Source: Macrostomum hystrix (taxonomy: Eukaryota > Animalia > Platyhelminthes). From it: a DNA stretch of 64,000 bases. The stretch lies in the NCBI GenBank assembly GCA_950097015.1, contig CATNEN010000001.1, positions 15,190,001 through 15,254,000 on the forward strand. The letters run 5' to 3'. A program made the translations under genes and the position numbers. This document shows, one piece after another, positions 23,168 to 37,015 of the stretch; positions within the stretch are counted from its first letter, which is position 1; every line of letters starts with the position of its first letter. The notes beneath the pieces were generated by a model, which worked only from the letters and a program-made list of their open reading frames with translations, searched no databases and had not been told where the DNA came from.

Positions 23168-24576
23168 ATGGAGTCAACCGAAGGAGCCAAGAAAAGCAAA
23201 GCGTGTATCTCTGCTCTGCTTCCGGGCCTGATGCACGCTGCAATCGTTGGCCTCGTAATGAGGCTGTCCAAAATCACGGACTTTGAAGGCAAAAGAGGAC
23301 CAGGCCAAGTGTTTTCCTTTATCCTCTGTGACGACACCGGCGATATACGTGTAAGCGTGTTCGGAAAGGATCTTAAGCCTTTCCTGGAGGTGTGTCGTGA
23401 GGGCGTCGCCGTCCGCATATCCGGCGGCTGGGTGAAGAAGGCGGATCCCAAATACAGCACTACGGACAATGAGCACGAGCTAACAGTTTCAATTGACCAA
23501 CGTGGAACCATTGTGAGGACCCTCGAGACCGTCATTCGACGTGCACCAAGCTATAAGAAGATAAAAGAGATTTCGGACTGTGAAATTAAAATGTAAGTTA
23601 ACTTGTTGCAATTGTTAAAAATAAAATGGAAAGGATTTGGAATATATATTCCCACTAAATGTTAGGTTAGCCAATTATTTCTAGGGAAACTTATTTAAAT
23701 CAGTCAGTGAAGTTGCTTAGTGAATGAGTTGATGCATTCTTGTAAGTTCACCCTTTGCCTCACATATCTCAGGAATGTTAACGTCTATGGCACGATTTCT
23801 GCTGTCCAGAAACCAACGGAAGTTAAAACCGGTTCCGGAAAACTTGTCAACCTGGCGAAAGTGACGCTTGTTGATCAGTCTGGGTCCTCCGTGTCGTGCA
23901 CATTTTGGGCCAGCTCTACTGCCCAAGTGAATGACTGGTCTGTGGGCGACGTTCTAGCGATTCATGGTGCTCAAGTCCAGGAATATTCCCAGACAATCAG
24001 TCTCGGATGTTCGAAAGCGGAAATTCAGCATTGGCCAGAAGACTCTGCTGATGTCTCCGACATTACCCAGTGGTACAAGGATGCGCTTTCTAGCCAACAG
24101 TGCTTCGAGGAGCTACGCGTGACGCAAAGCTCCCAGCGGGAGAAATATGCTAACCGTGACGACGAAATGGTATTACAGTACCCAGAGCGAATGTTCGACC
24201 AATTCGATGAGGTGCGAAGAATTAAAGTGCGATTTGGGGACAAAGAGGTAAGTTGATTTTACGAGTATTACGTGTGGGTTAAATAGAAACATGGTGTCAG
24301 AGAACGTACTAAAGAAGCAATAAGTGATTGACTGCTTAGATTCATTATTAACTTGTTCAATGAGGCCTCTTATCTCTAAAGATTAGGTTTATTCATTCAT
24401 TCAAGAGTAATATGAATATAAAAAATTGATTAAATTCATATATAAATTTCATTTCACAGGTGACATTTTCCCGAGATCATATCAACAGAAGTCAGCAGAT
24501 CCCCGCTATGTCAACCCCTAAGGCTCCCAATGTGTCCGAGAAGCCTGGGCCATCACATGATTTCATGGACGAGTAG
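23168..24576 (+). CDS. RPA70-like ssDNA-binding protein (two tandem OB folds), 3 exons, 338 aa
   Basis: Exons 23168-23592, 23773-24247, 24460-24576 with canonical gtaagt/ag and matching phases. OB-A: GQVFSFILCDDTGDIRVSVF..ADPKYSTTDNEHELT. OB-B: VNVYGTI..VTLVDQSGSSVSCTFW..VLAIHGAQVQEY. TATAAA ~23056, AATAAA ~24590. Confidence 0.88.
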
Positions 24577-24924
24577 GACTTGAAAGACTAATAAAGATGC
24601 AATTAACGTGAGTAATGCTTGAGTGCATTTTTGTCTGCCAGTAGCGCATCTGAGTTCGATAGCCATCACAAGTAGTTTAACCTGATATGTATAATACGGC
24701 CCGATGAGACATATCAGGTAAATCCTGCTTTATTCACCTAATAAATTAAAATTAGATGGGATCATAATGGAATTGGGATCAGGGATTAGCTAAGCAAAAT
24801 GATTAGCTAAATGTGTTCATTGCATAACAGAACTGAGATCATTGCTTAGTTAAATTGGGTTTATGGCATTACAGAACTGAGAGCATTGCTTAGCTAAATT
24901 GGGTTCATTGCTTGTTCATTGGGT

Positions 24925-25880
24925 TCACAGAATCTCTTAGATCCCAATCCTAAATTCATAGAATCTCTTAGATCCCAATCCTAAATTCATAGAATCTCTT
25001 AGATCCCAATCCTAAATTCATGGGATCTCTTAGATCCCAATCCTAAATTCACAGAATCTCTTAGATCCCAATCCTAAATTCATAGAATCTCTTAGATCCC
25101 AATCCTAAATTCACAGAATCTCTTAGATCCCAATCCTAAATTCATAGAATCTCTTAGATCCCAATCCTAAATTCATGGGATCTCTTAGATTCCAATCCTA
25201 AATTCATAGAATCTCTTAGATCCCAATCCTAAATTCACAGAATCTCTTAGATCCCAATCCTAAATTCATAGAATCTCTTAGATCCCAATCCTAAATTCAT
25301 GGGATCTCTTAGATCCCAATCCTAAATTCACAGAATCTCTTAGATCCCAATCCTAAATTCACAGAATCTCTTAGATCCCAATCCTAAATTCACAGAATCT
25401 CTTAGATCCCAATCCTAAATTCACAGAATCTCTTAGATCCCAATCCTAAATTCACAGAATCTCTTAGATCCCAATCCTAAATTCATAGAATCTCTGAGAT
25501 CCCAATCCTAAATTCATAGAATCTCTTAGATCCCAATCCTAAATTCTTAGAATCTCTTATATCCCAATTCTTAATTCACAGAATCTCTTAGATCCCAATC
25601 CTAAATTCATAGAATCTCTTAGATCCCAATCCTAATCTCATAGAATCTCTTAGATCCCAATGCTAAATTCAGAGAATCTCTTAGATCCCAATCCTAAATT
25701 CATAGAATCTCTTAGATCCCAATCCTAAATTCATAGAATCTCTTAGATCCCAATCCTAAATTCATAGAATCTCTTAGATCCCAATCCTAAATTCATAGAA
25801 TCTCTTAGATCCCAATCCTAAATTCATAGAATCTCTTAGATCCCAATCCTAAATTCACAGAATCTTATATATCAATCCTA
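24925..25880 (+). repeat. 31-bp satellite gatcccaatcctaaattcatagaatctctta, flanked by ~44-bp units (24790-24910, 25880-26560)
   Basis: Tandem arrays. Confidence 0.97.
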
Positions 25881-28239
25881 AATCATTGCTTAGCTAAATT
25901 GTGTTTGTGGCATAACAGAAGTGAGATCATTGCTTAGCTAAATTGTTTTTGTGGCATAACAGAACTGAGATCATTGCTTAGCCTAATTGGGTTCATTGCA
26001 TAACAGAACTAAGATCATTGCTTAGCCTAATTGGGTTCATTAGGCATAACTAAGTTGGGATCCTTGCATACTAAATTGGGATCATAGCAAACCAGAATTG
26101 GAATTATCGCATAATGAAATTGGGCTCATGGCATGATACGAATGGGATCATTGAAGAATGGAAAATTGGATTCATTGTTTACCAGAATTATGATTAGTAA
26201 GAGGGGCGTCCGTAAGGTAATGAAAATTTTCTGCTACGAGTTGGGATCAAGGCAAACCAGAATAGGATCAGATTGGGTTCCCAATAGCCAATTGGGTTCC
26301 CAACCCAATAGCTAAATTGGGTTCATAGCATAACAGAACTGAGATCATTGCTTAGCTAAATTGTGTTTGTGGCGTAACAGAACTGAGATCATTGCTTAGC
26401 TAAATTGGGTTCATTGCATAATAGAACTGAGATCATTGCTTAGCTAAATTGGGATCTTTTGGCGTAACTAAAATGGGATTATTGCATAACTAAATTGAGA
26501 TCCTTTCATAACTAGATTGAGATCATTGCATAACTAGATTGGGATCAAGGCAAACCAGAATAGGATCGGATACAATCGGATCCCAATTTAGTTGTGCCAT
26601 GAAAGTTAATAAGTAATAGTGAAATTAATGTAGGTAAATATTAGGTGAATATATAGCAGGTTGGCTGCATATCAATGGGCCTTGAGATTGTGGTTGAAAT
26701 AACGTGTTCGCTGCTTTTTCACGATTCAGAGGTTCTTCCACTCTAAAACTGAGGGTATGCAGCCATGAGAGAGAGGTTTGAAGCAGCTTCAGCAAACCTA
26801 GAGACTTGTGATAGCTAAGCTTTTTGTGTGACGTTGAGTGCGTGAACTTAACTTGCCCCAGTGAATGCCTCTGACCAGCAGTGCAGAGTAAAGCAAGCCA
26901 ACAAGCAGTAGGATTGACACCATTATTCTTGCAGTCAAATGCAATGAACTGTGCAATGATACTGTCTTGTTGGCGGAGCCTTCTGCAAGTGCATCATGTT
27001 TACTGTTTGTGGGTAATATTTTTAGGTGCAATGCAATTTTTTCTTTTTTCATTGAACTGAATTCTCTACATTTGGAGTTTGTTTTCTTATAATGTCATAA
27101 TGATATGTATTTGTATAATAATAATTTTGCCAGATGCTCACTCAATTGTTGTTGTTTTGTTGTTTTCAATGTGTTTTGCAATTGAAGAAATACAAAAAAT
27201 GTTTCAGTGGACAAAGACCAGTCCCATGATTCATGAATCTGCACACCTGGTACCTGCCTTATTCTATTTTAAAAGATAAATAGTCAGGCATGCATTTATA
27301 ATGAAGAATGATACAAAATGGATTACTAAGAAAAGAGGTCAGATGAGAAATAGGATCTGATCAGAACTGGAATCATTAAGAAAAAGAAAGGAGATTAGAA
27401 ATTGATCCATTGATATTTAATTAGCCATTGATATGAGCTAACCATTTTGAACTATCAAAATGGATCTAATTTGAAATAGACTTTTATGTCATATAGGATT
27501 TGATTCAAAATAAGATTTGACAATGTGAATGAGGCATATAAGAAAAGAGAAGTCTGCTGAGGAGTGTGACTAGAAAAGAAAGGGGGAATTTAGCATGATA
27601 ATATATATCATATATCATGCCTATATATAGCCAATGTTAGCGTTATTAAAAGTGTCAAACCAAAGGTCGAAGGATGTAGCTCCAGTTGCTTTTGCAAAGT
27701 CCATTCACAATGAGATAGCTGCATTGAACTGACTCTTTAAGTCATTTATTATAATAAGAGGGGCCTCATTCAAGGGCAATAGTTGCAATGCTGAGCTACT
27801 TATTGTTCGGAACATTGCAGTCGCAGTTAGTACGATGAGCAGGGCTAAGAAATTCACTTACAAATGAAGAAAGTAAAAAATTTCTCGGGATGTGTATAAA
27901 ACTGTAGTACACATGAGCAATACAAGCAACAAGAAAATCGGAATAAAGCAAGTCATTTCTCGGAAATACGCAATTTCTTGGAATATTATTTAATTTATTT
28001 TCAGTAACAACTAAAAACGTGATCTCAACAGTTTTATAAACTAAATTAATAAAATAATTTTTATCAAACACTTTGACATATACAGGGCTCCAAACTAAAA
28101 AACTGTAAAAAGTTGATAGTTTTGTTTTACCTAAAATGCGTTATTAACGATCTCCAAAAATTCCTATTTTAAGCTTAAGCTTAAGAAAGACACTTAAAGT
28201 ACTCCTGCTAAATGGTATATATTAGACGAATATTAATTA

Positions 28240-28273
28240 TTTCTGCTCCCCGAAGGGGGGCAAAACTTGCTAG
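28240..28273 (+). mobile_element. Intact family-1 Helitron 3' terminus closing the RPA/Zn-knuckle segment
   Basis: ttctgctccccgaaggggggcaaaacttgCTAG|T. Confidence 0.85.
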
Positions 28274-28274
28274 T

Positions 28275-31200
28275 TATATACTAAAAATGAAATGGTTGGT
28301 TACTTGGTTGTAATTGATTTTATCCCGAACGGCTCAACCGATTTTCACCATTTCTTCACCAAAAGATGCCAAATATGGGGACACATATACACGTATTTTT
28401 ATTAAGCTTAACTTTATTGCTAAGGGGATTAAATATTCGAAAAACTGTTTTAGATAGGATTTTTAATGCATTACATTAGAGCCAATTTTGTCAACGTGCA
28501 TACCACTGCCAATTTTTATGATTGCATCAGGGCCAGTTTTGTTAAAAGTGAGTACACTGACTGATAAGAATTTCACTGTGTAAAATGTACATAGCTGTGT
28601 CAACTCCACTGGCGAGACAGTCTGCGAATTTATAAATAGATTACATCACAGATTTTCTCACCCGTGTGTGTGTGTGTTTGATTTTAATAGGTAAAATGTG
28701 CATAGCAGATTTCGATTCAATGATATATTGCTCAATACAATTCCCCCCAGCGAGTTTAGTAGATACAGCGAGACATCTACTCCTTTCTTACCACAATAAA
28801 AATAAATCATCAAACCTTGTCTTGATTTCAATCGAGAAAAGTGTCCAACAGTTGTTTAAATGTCCAACCGTTTTTTAATGTGTCCAACAGTTTTTTAATG
28901 TGTTTAACAGTATTCTTAATGCTTTTAACAGTTTTCTAAATGTGTTTAACAGTTTTCTAAAAGTGTTTAACCGTTTTCTAAATGTGTTTACCAGTATTCT
29001 AAATGTGTTTAACAATATTCTAAATGTGTTTACCAGTATTCTAAATGTGTTTACCAGTATTCTAAATGTGTTTACCAGTATTCTAAGTGTGTTTAACCGT
29101 TTTCTAAATGTGTTTACCAGTATTCTAAGTGTGTTTAACCGTTTTCTAAATGTGTTTACCAGTATTCTAAATGTGTTTAACCGTTTTCTAAATGTGTTTA
29201 CCAGTATTCTAAGTGTGTTTACCAGTATTCTAAATGTGTTTACCAGTATTCTAAATGTGTTTACCAGTATTCTAAGTGTGTTTAACAGTTTTCTAAATGT
29301 CTTTAAAAGTTTTCTAAATGTGTTTACCATACCAGTATTCTAAATGTCTTACCAGTATTCTAAATGTGTTTACCAGTATTCTAAATGTGTTTACCAGTAT
29401 TCTAAATGTGTTTAACCGTTTTCTAAATGTGTTTACCAGTATTCTAAGTGTGTTTAACAGTTTTCTAAATGTCTTTAACAGTTTTCTTAATGTGTTTACC
29501 AGTGTTCTAAATGTGCTCACCAGTTTTCTAAATGTGTTTACCAGTATTCTAAATGTGTTTACCAGTATTCCAAATGTGTTTACCAGTATTCTAAGTGTGT
29601 TTACCAGTTTTCTAAATATGTTTACCAGTATTCTAAATGTGTTTAACCGTTTTCTAAATGTGTTTACCAGTATTCTAAGTGTGTTTAACAGTTTTCTAAA
29701 TGTCTTTAACAGTTTTCTAAATGTCTTTACCAGTATTCTAAATGTGTTTACCAGAATTCTAAATGTGTTTACCAGTTTTCTAAATGTGTTTACCAGTATT
29801 CTAAATGTGTTTACCAGTATTCTAAATTTGTTTAACCGTTTTCTAAATGTGTTTACCAGTATTCTAAGTGTGTTTAACAGTTTTCTAAATGTCTTTAACA
29901 GTTTTCTAAATGTCTTTACCAGTATTCTAAATGTGTTTACCAGTATTCTAAATATGTTTAACAGTTTTCTAAATGTGGTTAACAGTATTCTAAAAGTGTT
30001 TAACCGTTTTCTAAATGTGTTTATCAGTTCTCTAAATGTGTGTACCAGTATTCTAAATGTGTTGAATAGTTTTCTAAAAGTGTTTATCAGTTGTTCAATT
30101 GTGCTTACCAGTTTTTTAAATGTTTTTACAGTTTTCTTAACGTGTTTATCAGTTTTCTAAATGTGTTTAGCATTTTTCAAATGTTTCTAAAATGTTTTTA
30201 AAAATTTCCAATAATTACCAACTTTGTTAATGCGTTTTAAAGTTTTTAAATATGTTGAACGGTTAATAATGGTTATTTGCTGCTGGGGGGAATTAGTTCT
30301 TTGATGCTAGGGGGGAATTAGTTCTCTGCTGCTGGTGGGAAATTGGTTCTTTGCTGCTGGGGGGGAATTGGTTCTTTGCTGCTGGGGGGAATTGGTTCTT
30401 TGCTGCTGGGGGGTAATTAGTTCTCTGCTGTTGGGGGGAATTAGTTCTCTGCTGCTGGTTGGGGAATTAGTTCTCTGCTGCTGGGGGGGGAATTAGTTCT
30501 CTGCTGCTGGGGGGAAATTAGTTCTCTGCTACTGGGGGTAATTAGTTCTGTGCTGCTGGTTGGGGAATTAGTTCTCTGCTGCTGGGGGGGGAATTAGTTC
30601 TCTGCTGCTGGGGGGAATTAGTTCTCTGCTGCTGGGGGGAATTAGTTCTCTGCTGCTGGGGGGGGATTTAGTTCTCTGCTGCTGGGGGGAAATTTGTTCT
30701 CTGCTGCTGGGGGGAATTAGTTCTCTGCTGCTGGGGGGGGAATTAGTTCTCTGCTGCTGGGGGGAAATTAGTTCTCTGCTGCTGGGGGGAATTGGTTCTT
30801 TGCTGCTGGTTGGGGAATTGGTTCTTTGCTGCTGGGGGGGGGGGAATTAGTTCTTTGCTGCTGGGGGGAATTAGTTCTCTGCTGCTGGGGGGAAATTAGT
30901 TATTTGCTGCTGGGGGGAATTAGTTCTTTGCTGCTGGGGGGGGAATTAGTTCTCTGCTGCTGGGGGGGAATTAGTTCTTTGCTGCTGGGGGGGAATTAGT
31001 TCTCTGCTGCTCGGGGGGGAATTAGTTCTCTGCTGCTGGGGGGGCAATTAGTTCTCTGCTGCTGGTTGGGGAATTTGTTCTCTGCTGCTGGGGGGGAATT
31101 AGTTCTCTGCTGCTGGGGGGGAATTAGTTCTTTGCTGCTGGGGGGAATTAGTTCTTTGCTGCTGGGGGGGAATTAGTTCTCTGCTGCTGGGGGGGAATTA

Positions 31201-31665
31201 GTTCTTTGCTGCTGGGGGGGATTAGTTCTCTGCTGCTGGGGGGGAATTAGTTCTCTGCTGCTGGAGGGAAATTAGTTATTTGCTACTGAGGGGACATTAG
31301 TTCTCTGCTGCTTGGGGGACATTGGTTTTTTACTGCTGAGGGGATAGTTTTCACATGTACCTCAGTAGCATTAAGCTGAGTTGTATCAAACGTAAGCTAC
31401 TTGTGTAATTTTGCCCCAATGGGGCTCTTGGTGTACAGACCGGATGTCTCAGAATGTATTCAAGCTCAGACTGACTGTTTTTGTATTTAGTGAGAATTCA
31501 AATTCTCTTTGATTCGCAATCACGTATATTCGCAATCAGGGAAATTATTACTGACGAAATAGGTTTTCGTTTTTGTTTGCTTTCAGGTGTGTTTTGTCCT
31601 TCTGCATTGCACAAGATTTTTTGTCTGACCAGTAGTGCTCCCCGAAGGGGGGCAAAACTTGCTAG
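28275..31665 (+). mobile_element. Helitron family 1, copy B, with a 21-bp satellite (28840-30200) and a G-rich ~25-bp satellite (30280-31345)
   Basis: Same 5' end; hairpin plus CTAG at 31662-31665; units ttctaaatgtgtttaccagta and gctgctggggggaattagttctct. Confidence 0.85.
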
Positions 31666-31671
31666 ATTTAG

Positions 31672-32757
31672 ATTCAGTGCGTTTTGCCGTCGACTTTTTT
31701 GCTTCCGCGACACCACTTTTGGTGATTCTTTCGCGTTGCCTCGGTTCTGAACATCTGTTGGCATTTTTCACATGGTAATTGAACGGCAACGAGCTCTCTG
31801 TGCAGTCTCTTCTGGTGTATGGCTATGGCCCCTGGATGCGCAGACTTTGTTGCATCCGTCGTATCTGCATCGGTATCCTGTCAGCTCGTTCTCCTCTGGA
31901 CTGGCGATTGATTTCTCTGTTTCCGTCGTTCTGCGGTTCCTCTTGGATCGTTCTGCCTCTTCCATACGCATCGCGTTCACTCTGCGCTTCACTGTCTCCC
32001 TCCAGCTCTCTCTGTCTCGGACGAGGCGGTCGATGTCGATGGTGTCGACGCCTGCCTTCCTGACCATCAGCTTCCAGTGGTTGGTAATCGTGCGCTGTCT
32101 CCTTTTGGCTTTCCTCATGCTTTCTAGTTTCTTATCCCATCCTAACACGCATTTCTTGGTGAGGCTAGTGTTGGGCATTCGGAGGACGTGGCCTAGGCGT
32201 CTCCAGTGGGCGATTTCGATCTTTGTCGCGATACTGTCCACGCCGAGTTCAGCTCTGACGTCCCACATGTTCACGCCCTTTTCTTGCATCTCGACCAGGG
32301 GCGGTTTGGTCTTTTCGCTCCAGATGAAACGGTAGCGCTTGTCCATTGCCTGTTGCATCTTCTTGATGTCCGTCTTGTAGAAAAGGCGTGCTCCGGCATT
32401 GAAGGTCATGGTACTTTTCACGCATGCCTCCACAATTTTGGCTTTTGTCCGTTTCGTAAGGCGTGTTTTGCGTAGCATGTTCTTAACGCCGTGCCATGCC
32501 TTTGCGCCTCGTTGCAATCGCTGGCTAATGTCATTCTTTCTTCCCAACCAGGTGCCTAGCATTCTTATTCCGTTACTTTCCTCTGTCCCCAAGATCGCCC
32601 TCTCTTCCTTATCGTCGTTGGTCCTTTCTTCAAATGTTGCCATGACATCCTTGAACGTTTTGGTGCCTAGCTCCATTTCCTCTCTCGTTCCAATTAGGGT
32701 GGTGTCGTCGGCGAACAGCGAGCACGTTAACCTAGTTGTTGTCGTCTCTTCCAAGTA
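31672..32757 (-). mobile_element. RTE-like non-LTR retrotransposon ORF2 fragment (RT C-terminus + Zn fingers)
   Basis: LFADD RT motif, MLGTWL, WRRLGHVLRM, DRESWR; after a frameshift CRYDGC..HQKRLH and CEKC..NHQKWC. Confidence 0.9.
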
Positions 32758-33004
32758 TGTAGTCGACCTCTGTGGTGGGAGGCTGTGGCCCGAGACGCAG
32801 GTCCATTCGAACATATGCGTTTACTTCTCTGGGTGTCTAATGTACATCAACCGCGTGCATGCCTGTCTCTCTCACTTTTACACCTTGGCACCGATTGCTA
32901 TTTAACTCGTGAGTCAATAAATAAATCGCTGTAAAGCTTCGTCAACTCTAGGTCGCAGTCTCTCTGCCTTAGTCCACAAGTGGTAGCAGAGCGTGGTTTC
33001 CACA

Positions 33005-34150
33005 ATGGCTGAGAAAGCTAGTGCAGCGCTGCCCAGAGTATTCAGTGCAGGCAACTTTAAAGAATGGCTGCAGCGTTTTGAAGTTTGTGCCAAAGTGAAC
33101 AAGTGGGACGCTTGCAAGGCGGAGCGACTGGCAACTTTTCTAGACGGCGAGGCCCTTGTCGTCTATTTGGAACTGTCTGCAGCCGATCAGGCAGAATTCG
33201 GCAAAGTTACCGGAGCACTGGAGAATGCGTTCCACCCGGACCGAGAGCACTTCGCCGTCATGGAGGCGTTCAAGGCGAGGAGAATTTTGGCAAGTGAGAC
33301 TCCACGCATGTACCTGTACGAGTTGAAGAAACTGCTGCAGAGCTCTGCCGTGGTCGATGTGGATGCTCGAGAAGCCCTGCTGTTTCATCAGTTCATCTGT
33401 GGCCTGCCAGACTCCGTGGGCTGGCAGATTCGAGCAGACACCAACATCAAGACCTCAGTGCAAGCGCTTGAAAAGGCTCAGCTACTGATGCAGCACAATC
33501 CAGTAGCAACGCAAGCAGCTGCAGTACAGCCTCGGCAGAGCCAGTCCAGCGAAGTTCAGGAGCTGCGGGACACTGCAGAGTCTGCAGGCCTCGGTGAGTA
33601 CATTGAGCACCCAGCTGGAGCAGCTGGCAGCCTGGTCACACCGACCGAGATCCGATATCGTCTGCTACAACTGCCACAAAACCGGCCACATCGCCAAGGA
33701 CTGCTACAGCCGGCGGCAGCAGTCGGGAAACGCCAGAGGCTGGGGTGGGCGGGCCCGCCACCTCAGCCAGCAGTAACTGCGGGTTCACCAGCGCAGGCTC
33801 CGGGGCCAGCGCTCGCAGTCGGCGGGGTCTTCAGTGGATGCAGCGTTACGCCCGACCGACTTTCGCAGTTTGAGTGCAAGCTTGATGGTAGAAGTGTGAA
33901 GGCGCTTTTAGACACCGGCAGCCAGTGCTCACTAGTCGACTCCAGCATTCTGACGAAATCGCAGCTCAGCCGCGCAACTTCAGCCGGAGTGCAGCTGCAC
34001 TCGGTGAACAAGCAGCCAATCAGCATCGAGTGGCAGATCGAGTTGCCGCTCACAGTCGGGAAAGTGACAGCGCTGCATTTGTTCTACGTGGTGTCCGATT
34101 TGGTTTGTCCTGTCATCGTCGGGATCGACTTCATCGGCAAGCACCGGCCA
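33005..34150 (+). CDS. gag: Gag-protease, frameshifted
   Basis: Capsid-like N-terminus; CYNCHKTGHIAKDC knuckle in a shifted frame (33594-33776); LLDTGS protease; IVGIDFI. Confidence 0.9.
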
Positions 34151-37015
34151 ACCCTGCAGCTGCTGGTCGTATCTGCAGTGCAAGGTTCCAGAGTGAGACG
34201 GACGACCAAGTTGACATCGAGGATGCTCTCGTGCCCGAGTTCAGCTGCGTGGATTTCGAGCTGCCAACCACCGATGACCCCGAAGTTCAGCGACTGCTGA
34301 TGGAGTTCAAGGACGTGTTCAAGAAGAAGCCGGGACTTACGCATCTCCAGCAGCATCGAATTGTTCTCGCTGATGAGGTGCCAGTTCGTGTCCCACCGCG
34401 CCGAATGCCCGTGCACTACCGGGAGAAGGCGGAGCTGCTGATTCAGGAGCTGCTGGAGAACGACGTGATCGAACTGAGCGAGAGTCCGTACGTGGCTCCA
34501 CCGGTGTACGTGACCAAGAAGGACGGCAGTCTGCGGCTGACCATCGACTACAGAGAGCTCAACAAGAAGACGATTCGGTCGGCGCAGGGAATTCCGCTAA
34601 TGGAGGAGGCACGAGATCGAATCGCGGGCAGCACGGTGTTCTCAGTGCTGGATCTCAATGGAGGTTACTTCCAGATCCCTCTGGCTGAAGAAGACAGACA
34701 GAAGACGGCCTTTAGCCCTGGACCAGGGATGCCGCTATACCAATTTAAGAGAATGCCTCAAGGCCTGTCAGGTGGCCCCAGCACGTTCTGCATGCTTATG
34801 TCCAAAGTTTTCAATGGCTGTGACTTCGTCTTCACGTTTTTCGATGACAGCCTGTGCTTCTCAAAGACCAGGAAGGAACATTTGCTGCAACTGCGAGAGG
34901 CACTTCAGCGTGTCCGAGCAGCCGGGCTGACACTGAGAGGCTCCAAGTGCAAGATCGCGGTGCCTGAAGTGACTTTCCTCGGCATGCGCTATTCAAAGGA
35001 GGGAGCTCAGCCAAGCAAAGAGAAGCTGGAGGCGATTCAGCAGTGGAAGGAGCCGAGGTCAGTCAAGGAGATCCGCCAGTTCATCGGCCTGTGCAACCAG
35101 TACCGCCGCCATGTCGCCAACTTCGCTGCCATCGCTGCACCACTTCACCACCTGACTGGCAAGGGCGTGGCGTTTGAGTGGACTGCAGAGTGCCAAGCTG
35201 CCTTCGACGAGCTCAAGATCTGCCTGATGAGTCCTCCGATCCTGGTGAACCCGGACTTTTCCAAGGAGTTCGCTGTCTTCACAGATGCCAGCGGCAGTGG
35301 GGTCGGTGCAATCCTGAAGCAAGGCGATGCAGTGATCGAGTTTTCGAGCAGGGCGTTCAACTCGGCGGAGAAAAAGTACTCGGCAACAGAGAAGGAGTGT
35401 CTGGCCATCCTGCACGCTTTCAAAGTCTTCCGGCACTACTTGCTCGGCAAGCATTTCACGGTGCACACGGATCACTGCCCGCTCACCTACATCGATTCTC
35501 AGAGAATCGATAGCTATGGTAGGCTGGGTCGCTGGCGGCTGCTGCTCCAAGAGTTCGACTTCACCGTCAAGTACCGCAGAGGTGTGGAGAATTCTGATGC
35601 CGACGCGCTGTCCAGGCTGCACGCCCCGGAAATTGCAGCGACTCAACTGACAGCAGAAATCGGCTCGGAGGAGCTCAAAACTGCTCAGCGGCAAGATCCA
35701 GAGCTTAGTCAGGTGATTCAAGCGATCGTCAACGAGCCAGACGTGCCTCCAAGATGGCGGTCAGGACCGCTGCAGCAGCTGAGCAGAATCTGGAGGAAGC
35801 TGAAGCTGAATGATGACGGAGTTCTCTCCCGCAAGTTCAACGACCTGGACGGACTGAGGGAAGTTCCAGTGGTGCCGGCATTTCTACGACACCAGTTCCT
35901 AGCAGACGCTCACGAAGGTCTGGGAGGCCACTTCGGTGCCGAGAAATGCTACCGCACGCTCAAGCTGACTGCCTACTGGCCGGGCATGGCTGAGGATGTC
36001 CTGCAGCACTGCCAGAGCTGCGCCGTCTGCCAGGAGAAGAAGGCAGGTTCGCAGCCCAAGGCGCCACTCGGAGAGCTGCCTATCGGATCGCTATGGGACT
36101 CGGTGGCCATCGACATCGTCAAGGTAGCACCATCATCACGCGGCAACCATTACCTGCTGGTAGCTCAGGACCAATTTTCCACGTACCTGACGGCTGTGGC
36201 GTTACCGGACCAGACGGCCCAGTCTACGGCTCGCGCCTTCCTTTCAATCTGCTCCCAGGCTGGACTGCCTCGAGTCATCCACTCGGACCAAGGCCCGAAT
36301 TTCGAGAGCCAGCTCTTTCAAGACACTCTGTGCGGTCTGGGAGTCACCAAGACAAGAACCACAGCGTACAATCCGAAAGGAAACGGACTGGCCGAGTCGG
36401 GAAGCAAGTCCGTGCTGCAACTACTCAGGTGCTTCACCGAGCGAGAGAGCGAGTGGGAGGACAAGCTGCCGCTGATCCTGCTGTCCTACAACTCGCGAGT
36501 GCACTGCTCAACGCGACTGCCACCGCTGAAGGTCTTCACCGGGCGAGACCCTTGTCTGCCAGTCCTCAGCCAGCAGCCCAGGCGGTTCTACGACGTGCGG
36601 ACCTACGCAGACAAGCTGGAGGCCGACCTGCTGCGCATTCGAGAGTTTGTCGAGGAGCACCTGGTGCAGGCGGCTGGCGAGCAGCAGAGCGACTACAACA
36701 GGTCAGCCGGGCAGCTGCGCAGATTCGGCCAGGGCGACGAGGTGCTGCTGCGCATCGAGCTGAGGGGCTCCAAGCTGGCGCCGTACTGGGACCCCGGCTG
36801 GCGGGTGCTGTCCCAGCGCAATCTGGTGGTCGAGATCGGCAAGAATGGCAAGACGCGCAGAGTGAACGTAAACCGCCTTCGGCCGCTGTTCCTTCCGGCA
36901 CCCGACGTCGAGCGTTTCGAGCAGCCGCCCTTCGCGCACGAGCTGCACGGCGGCGGAGACGCTGCGGACGAGCTGCCCCAGAGGCGCTACCCGGTGCGGA
37001 GGCGGATGCCGGTTG
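34150..37015 (+). CDS. pol: Pol: RT (FFDD), RNase H, integrase
   Basis: IDYRELN, LDLNGGYFQI, FFDD, TDAS, HHCC Zn module, D(AID)-D(SDQG)-E catalytic triad. Confidence 0.95.

Larger units (their letters stand above)
32758..37015 (+). mobile_element. Ty3/Gypsy LTR retrotransposon, 3'-truncated
   Basis: 5' LTR TGTAG...CCACA (32758-32978, contains AATAAA); PBS TGGTAGCAGAGCGTGG (32981; Met-tRNA type); gag-pro-pol; no PPT or 3' LTR seen. Confidence 0.95.

Noticed and set aside
23168-24576. Canonical host RPA1
   Set aside because: Lacks the N-terminal OB-F and the Zn-containing DBD-C, and lies inside a TE nest, so no gene symbol was given
28875-30160. Long heptad ORFs (LNVFTSI)n
   Set aside because: By-product of a 21-bp satellite; open on both strands, with no promoter or unique domain
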